A stretch of DNA of 64,000 nucleotides from Bacteriovoracaceae bacterium (GTDB taxonomy: Bacteria > Bdellovibrionota > Bacteriovoracia > Bacteriovoracales > Bacteriovoracaceae), in the NCBI GenBank assembly GCA_048270185.1, contig JBLWTJ010000003.1:224001-288000 (forward strand). The letters are read 5' to 3'. Positions 58,941 to 64,000 of the stretch are shown here, one piece after another. The notes under the pieces were generated by a model, which saw nothing but the letters and a program-made list of their open reading frames with translations, ran no database searches and had not been told where the DNA came from. Numbering within the stretch: position 1 is the first letter of the stretch; each line of letters opens with the position of its first letter. Made by a program: the position numbers and the translations under genes.

Positions 58941-61133
58941 ATGCACAAGAAAGTACAAAAGTATGCGGGCCTATTTCTTGGTCTCATCTTGTTATCAACG
59001 CCACTTGCACTACACGCAGAAAATGGCCTATTTAGTATTAATAAAGATCAAGTTCTTGGGAATCTTTTAATCGATGTTCTTGAGAAACTTCACTATAAGA
59101 AATTAAAAGTAAATGATGATCTATCTAAGAATGCATTCAAAGAATATATTGAAAAAGTAGATTACTCAAAGCAATTCCTTTATCAATCAGACATTAAAAG
59201 TTTAGAAAAGTACAAGACTCTAATGGATGATGAAATGAGATCTGGGGATTATAAATTAGTTCTTGATACGATGAAAATTAGAAAGAAGAGAATTGAAGAA
59301 GCAGAAGCTCTACGAGTAAAGCTTTTTAAAGATAATTTTAATTTTCACACAAACGAAGTGATTGAACTCGATCCTGAAAAGAGAAGCTATCCTAAGGATC
59401 AAGCAGACTTTGAAAAGAAGTGGAGACAAACTTTTAAACAATCTGTAATGGCCCGCTATATATCAATCAAAGAAGATCAAGACTCTCTAAAAAATCCTAA
59501 AAAAGATAAGAAAGAGAAGAAAGAAAAGAAGAATAAAAAATCTGCTAGTGAAAAAATCTTAACGGAAAAAGAAATTGTCGCTAAAGCACATGAGGCCATC
59601 GCTAAGAAATACAAAATTTATTTTGAGAGATTACTTAAGGATACACGTGAAGATTATATGGAGAAATTCTATAATTCAATTGGTGGTGTTTTTGATCCTC
59701 ATACTGCTTACCTTGCACCAAAGAGAAAAGAAGACTTTGATATTGATATGTCTGGTCAACTTGAAGGGATTGGAGCGGTACTTTCAGAAGATGAAGGTTA
59801 TATCAAAGTTGTTGAAATCGTACCTGGTGGAGCAGCTTGGCGTCAGAAGGAACTTGAAGTCGATGATTTAATTCTAGCAGTTAGTGAAGGTGACTCAAAG
59901 AAAGAGCCTGTTGATCTTGTTGGTATGAGAGTAGACGATGCTGTCCGCTATATACGTGGTAAGAAGGGGACAGTTGTTAAGCTTTATGTAAAGAAAGCAG
60001 ACGGTACTCGTAAAACAATTGGTATTACTCGTGATGTTGTAAAGATTGGTGCTTCTTTTGCTAAGTCTTCAGTTCTAGAGCTTAAAGGAGTTAAGGGGAA
60101 GTTTGGTTATATCAATGTACCGAAGTTTTACCGCGAATTTAATGGATCAATTAACTGTACAGACGATGTAAGGGCAGAACTAAAAAGACTGAAAAAACAA
60201 AAAGTTAATGGAGTTATTCTAGACCTTAGAAATAATGGCGGAGGAGCACTAACTGATGCTCAACTTATGTCTGGGCTTTTCATTAAAAAAGGTCCAATCG
60301 TACAAACTAGAAACTATATGAATCAAGTTGAAACTCTTGCAGATGAAGATGGTGACGTTGAATATAATGGGCCTCTTATTGTAATGGTTAATCGCTACTC
60401 AGCATCGGCTTCTGAAATTCTTGCGGCAGCAATGCAAGACTATAAGAGAGCAGTTATCGTTGGTGGAGCTGTAACCCACGGAAAGGGGACTGTTCAGGTT
60501 GTTTATAATCTTGATCAAGGTCTAAACAAAATGCTTGGAGAACAATTTGGTGCTCTAAAGCTTACGATTCAGAAATTCTATCGTATCAATGGTGGTTCAA
60601 CTCAATACAAAGGTGTAACACCAGATATCGTAATTCCTGATCCAATGTCATATGCTGAAAATCGTGAAAAGGATTTAACTTACTCACTTAAATGGGATCA
60701 TATTAAGCCTAAGAAATTTGAAACATGGACAGAACATAAATATGATATGGATAAACTTTTAAAGAACTCTAAGAAGCGTGTTGCTAAAGATGACAGACTT
60801 CAAAAAGTTCAAGAGTCTGTTGATTACCTAATTAAGCGCCGTAAGGATACAAAGCTTTCTCTCAATATCGATAAGTGGATGAAAGAGGAAGAAGCAAATA
60901 AGAAGAAGTTAGAAGAATTAAAACTCGATCAAGAAAATAAAAACCTTATTGTTTCTCACTTTGAGGAGTCACTAAAGTCTCATGAGACAGTGAAGAAAGG
61001 TGAAGACAAGCAGTGGAAAGAGGACTTCAAACAACGTAAGGAAGATTGGGTATCGAAACTTAGAAAAGATGCTGGACTAGAGGAGGCAATTTATATTATG
61101 AATGATATGATTGCTCAAACTAAGAAAAAGTAG
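58941..61133 (+). CDS. prc: Carboxy-terminal processing protease (Prc/Tsp)
   Basis: DPHTAY, PDZ LEGIGA, LDLRNNGGG, SASASEI, GKGTVQ, STQYKGVTPD. Confidence 0.93.
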   Translation: MHKKVQKYAGLFLGLILLSTPLALHAENGLFSINKDQVLGNLLIDVLEKLHYKKLKVNDDLSKNAFKEYIEKVDYSKQFLYQSDIKSLEKYKTLMDDEMRSGDYKLVLDTMKIRKKRIEEAEALRVKLFKDNFNFHTNEVIELDPEKRSYPKDQADFEKKWRQTFKQSVMARYISIKEDQDSLKNPKKDKKEKKEKKNKKSASEKILTEKEIVAKAHEAIAKKYKIYFERLLKDTREDYMEKFYNSIGGVFDPHTAYLAPKRKEDFDIDMSGQLEGIGAVLSEDEGYIKVVEIVPGGAAWRQKELEVDDLILAVSEGDSKKEPVDLVGMRVDDAVRYIRGKKGTVVKLYVKKADGTRKTIGITRDVVKIGASFAKSSVLELKGVKGKFGYINVPKFYREFNGSINCTDDVRAELKRLKKQKVNGVILDLRNNGGGALTDAQLMSGLFIKKGPIVQTRNYMNQVETLADEDGDVEYNGPLIVMVNRYSASASEILAAAMQDYKRAVIVGGAVTHGKGTVQVVYNLDQGLNKMLGEQFGALKLTIQKFYRINGGSTQYKGVTPDIVIPDPMSYAENREKDLTYSLKWDHIKPKKFETWTEHKYDMDKLLKNSKKRVAKDDRLQKVQESVDYLIKRRKDTKLSLNIDKWMKEEEANKKKLEELKLDQENKNLIVSHFEESLKSHETVKKGEDKQWKEDFKQRKEDWVSKLRKDAGLEEAIYIMNDMIAQTKKK

Positions 61134-61138
61134 GTTTT

Positions 61139-61384
61139 ATGAATTTTGATAAGTTATTAGATACATCAGATATGGACCGTGTCATGGAAGTTCTTGAGAA
61201 CTTAGATGATGAAGAACTCTCAGTTGAATTATTAAAGAAGTTTAATGATTCAACCAGGAAACTTGGAGAATTATTAATGAATAAAGATCCAAGTCTAAAT
61301 CATGCTCATTGGAAAGTTCAATGCGATGATGCAAGAGTGGCGGTTGAGAAAGTTGTATCTGAGATTCTTTCACATCAGAAATAG
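61139..61384 (+). CDS. Small hypothetical protein following prc
   Basis: 81-aa ORF 5 nt after the prc stop, followed by a terminator. Confidence 0.7.
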   Translation: MNFDKLLDTSDMDRVMEVLENLDDEELSVELLKKFNDSTRKLGELLMNKDPSLNHAHWKVQCDDARVAVEKVVSEILSHQK

Positions 61385-61442
61385 TTTTTAAGGTAAATAA
61401 AGCTAAATCTTTGAGTTCATTTGTAAATTTAAAATTATATAG

Positions 61443-61469
61443 GGCCAAGTTTCGACAACTTGGCCTTTT
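61443..61469 (+). terminator. Terminator of the prc unit
   Basis: GGCCAAGTT-tcgac-AACTTGGCC plus TTTT. Confidence 0.8.
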
Positions 61470-61549
61470 ACTTTTTATTGTCACAAATTTTGCACACTTA
61501 TAAATACGAGAAAATTGACGAATAATACTTATATGTAAGTCTTTTCTTA

Positions 61550-61624
61550 CTATCCTCACATCAAGTTAGTCTGATGGTTACGTTAGACGGATTGGCCCTG
61601 GCCCCCACCGGGGCCTTTCTTTTT
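61550..61624 (+). ncRNA. Candidate small RNA (5' end uncertain)
   Basis: Hairpin 61569..61588, then GC-rich terminator 61594..61624 with a plus-strand U tract and no ORF upstream. Confidence 0.35.
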
Positions 61625-61638
61625 GCAAAGGCAACAGC

Positions 61639-62742
61639 TTACTTTGTCATCATAAGATTTCTCATAAAGTCACCTGCACTTCGAACTTCTTTGGCCGCAT
61701 CATCTTCAGTGATATAGCCCCTTTCAAGAAGGTTTACTATGGCCTGATCGAAGCTTTGGCATGCAACACTCTCTGCATTAGTACCACCGTTTTCGATGAT
61801 TGGAATTATTCTCTCAAGTGGTTCATCACCACGAATGCATTCTTTCACACCTGGACCTGTTACCATAATTTCTTGAGCAACTCGTATTCCATTCTTTGAC
61901 TTCTTCGACTTAATTAGGCGTTGTGATATTGTTGCATAGAGTGAATCAGCAAGTCGCTTTCTAACTTCTTTTTGCTCATCTGGTGTAAACATTGAGATGA
62001 TTCGACTGATAGTTGAAATCGCATCAGTTGTGTGGACAGTGGCCAGCACAAGGTGTCCAGTTTCTGCTGCTTTGAGTGCAATCTCTACTGATTTTTGATC
62101 TCTTAATTCTCCAAGTAGAATAATGTCAGGGTCTTGTCTTAGTGCAAATTTAAGTGCATCTTCAAAACTACCTGTATCAATTCCAATCTCTCTTTGGGTT
62201 ACTCTTGATTTCTTCTGTGTGTGGATGAACTCAATAGGATCTTCTAGAGTTATGATATGCTTGGCCTTACGGTCATTAATATAGTCAATCATACTTGCTA
62301 GAGTTGTCGACTTACCTGATCCTGTAGCACCTGTTACAAGAATTAATCCACGCTTAGCTCGAATAATTTGTTTTAGTGCGCTACTGATTCCTAGATCTTT
62401 AAATGAAGGAACTTCTTTTTTTATAATTCTTAGAACAATTCCATTCTTATTACTGAATTTAAAGTAATTATAGCGTAGTCGACAAGTGTCTTCAAAGTCC
62501 ATGGCCCCATCGAGATCTCTAATATCTTCGATCGTTTCATTCACTTCATTTTCACCAATTAACAGTCTCAAAATATCGTGAACACTATCTTTTGTTAAAA
62601 TTTTATTTGATTTAACTGCAACCATCTCCCCATTAATGCGAAAGCATGGTGTTTCATCGGCCCTGATATGTATATCACTTGCATTATTGTCGATAGCAAC
62701 TTGTACTAGTGACTTGAAGTGGGAGAATTCAAATGTCATCAT
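61639..62742 (-). CDS. pilT: PilT/PilU-family type IV pilus retraction ATPase
   Basis: ASDIH, GATGSGKST, TLEDPIE, ALRQDPD, GELRD, AETGHLV..TVHT. Confidence 0.88.
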   Translation of the reverse strand: MMTFEFSHFKSLVQVAIDNNASDIHIRADETPCFRINGEMVAVKSNKILTKDSVHDILRLLIGENEVNETIEDIRDLDGAMDFEDTCRLRYNYFKFSNKNGIVLRIIKKEVPSFKDLGISSALKQIIRAKRGLILVTGATGSGKSTTLASMIDYINDRKAKHIITLEDPIEFIHTQKKSRVTQREIGIDTGSFEDALKFALRQDPDIILLGELRDQKSVEIALKAAETGHLVLATVHTTDAISTISRIISMFTPDEQKEVRKRLADSLYATISQRLIKSKKSKNGIRVAQEIMVTGPGVKECIRGDEPLERIIPIIENGGTNAESVACQSFDQAIVNLLERGYITEDDAAKEVRSAGDFMRNLMMTK

Positions 62743-62812
62743 CTATCCTTAAGTATTTAATCAACTGTTCGGATACACGGGTGAAAAAGTTTAGTATTTT
62801 ACTAATTTCTCA

Positions 62813-64000
62813 CTACTTACAAGCAAATTCCTTTCTCATTTCCCAAAGTAGGTTACTAATATATGGACGTCTTGCTTCCTTTGTCGTGAGCATGAGCAGC
62901 TTAGTAATTTTTAAATTCTTTGGGTCTGAGTAGAGAAGAATTAGCATTTCTCTGATGAAATTTGTTGATAGGGTAATATAATTGTCCGTTCCAACACCTA
63001 GCTTGACTCCTTTTTTCTCCCACCATGAGAATGGATGGTCTTTAAAGTCTGGAAATACTCCTGTTAGCTTTAGGTTTGAAGATGGTAGGGCCACAAGAGA
63101 GACACTTTTTTGAATGATACGATTTAAGATATCGTGTTGATAGTGTTCAACTTCTCTTGCGTTGTGAAATTTTGATTTTAGAAAGAGAATGCGCTCTTTT
63201 TCTTTTAAAGGTTCACCTTTTAATAATTTCGTTTTAATCTTCTGGGCATCTTGCTCCCATTCCATTTCTTCGATTTCGTAACCCTCTGTCGATTTACTAT
63301 CAATCTTTTGATGTTTCGAATTCATATCTAAAATTCTTTGAAATAATCGATGATAATAATAATTAGGGTTGATACCTAGACTTAATCCATGCTCAAGGGT
63401 ATCGATATGCCAAATATTCATCGCATTATCGACTGATTGAATACCTTTTTTTAGGGTAAGCCATGTTTCACCGTGGTGAGAGCGAATTCGTAGTCCTCGG
63501 TATTGAAGTTTCCTTAGACCGCTCTTTAGTTCCTTAAAATGTGCCTTACGATAAAGGGCCTTCTCATCTCCAACTGTATCAACTTCAACAAGATTCTCTT
63601 TTAGGTACGGGTACTTTTCTAGTATCGCTAGGAGAGCATCAACTTGGTGCTCGAAGTGATCTTTCTTTGTTTTAAAATTATGATCATCAAAGAAGTTAAG
63701 CTCCTTCCTAAAAGAAGGAGAGAGGATAAATTTAAAACACGGAACTTCTTTTTGAAATTTCTTGAACCCTTCATAAAGTCCAAGAACAACATCTTCTTCT
63801 GTTACATCACCAATGCCTGGAATTTGTTCGGCATCCATTTTTGAAGCACGAGATAGGGTAAACTTTAATCTAATACTTCCGACATTATAATTCTCATATA
63901 ATTCTTTTGCCATGTGATAAGCAGCATCAACATGTGCCTTCTTTGAGTTGAGAATTAGTTTAGCGAGAAAGAGGATTCTAAGATAAGTTGAAAATTGCTC
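62813..64000 (-). CDS. Adenosine/AMP deaminase-like amidohydrolase, 5' end beyond the right edge
   Basis: VGDE, SHHGE, EHG, LPSSN, GTDN; the frame is open from 63913 to 64000 (EQFSTYLRIL...). Confidence 0.7.
   Translation of the reverse strand, partial: EQFSTYLRILFLAKLILNSKKAHVDAAYHMAKELYENYNVGSIRLKFTLSRASKMDAEQIPGIGDVTEEDVVLGLYEGFKKFQKEVPCFKFILSPSFRKELNFFDDHNFKTKKDHFEHQVDALLAILEKYPYLKENLVEVDTVGDEKALYRKAHFKELKSGLRKLQYRGLRIRSHHGETWLTLKKGIQSVDNAMNIWHIDTLEHGLSLGINPNYYYHRLFQRILDMNSKHQKIDSKSTEGYEIEEMEWEQDAQKIKTKLLKGEPLKEKERILFLKSKFHNAREVEHYQHDILNRIIQKSVSLVALPSSNLKLTGVFPDFKDHPFSWWEKKGVKLGVGTDNYITLSTNFIREMLILLYSDPKNLKITKLLMLTTKEARRPYISNLLWEMRKEFACK

Noticed and set aside
62766..62793. Sigma28-like promoter before pilT (TAAACTTT...TCCGAACA)
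   Set aside because: Weak -10 match and spacing off by one; not supportable

Overview
AT-rich, gene-dense bacterial chromosome segment. The protein repertoire (a Bd0055/HBb-type bacterial histone, many secreted hypotheticals, PilT, a CFI-box-CTERM protein) suggests a Bdellovibrionota predator such as Halobacteriovorax/Bacteriovorax; this is inference only. Housekeeping content includes a heterodimeric ABC exporter, DsbA, pyk, queG, tRNA-Phe(GAA), lplA, LysR-frmA-fghA, gloA, ppa, dtd, nadD-like, a stand-alone rpsD, cysteine desulfurase-thiI, prc and pilT. No integrase, transposase, rRNA or CRISPR array was seen. Highlights: (1) a ~13 kb ten-gene lipid/secondary-metabolite cluster at 42.5-55.9 kb (AurF-like diiron enzyme, ACP, fatty acyl-AMP ligase, HMG-CoA reductase fused to an APH/choline-kinase-like domain, GNAT, UbiA, BtaA-like, PEP-utilising phosphotransferase, second adenylating enzyme, App1-like phosphatase) matching no pathway I can name; (2) a DEAD-box helicase fused to a whole Jag/KhpB (Jag_N-KH-R3H) module; (3) pyruvate kinase fused to a ferredoxin through an A10 tract, just upstream of queG; (4) a bacterial histone with a charged N-terminal tail; (5) two sigma54-type promoters placed to give near-leaderless mRNAs for secreted proteins, one a kinase-like candidate effector. 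All family calls come from motifs read by eye, not from database searches.
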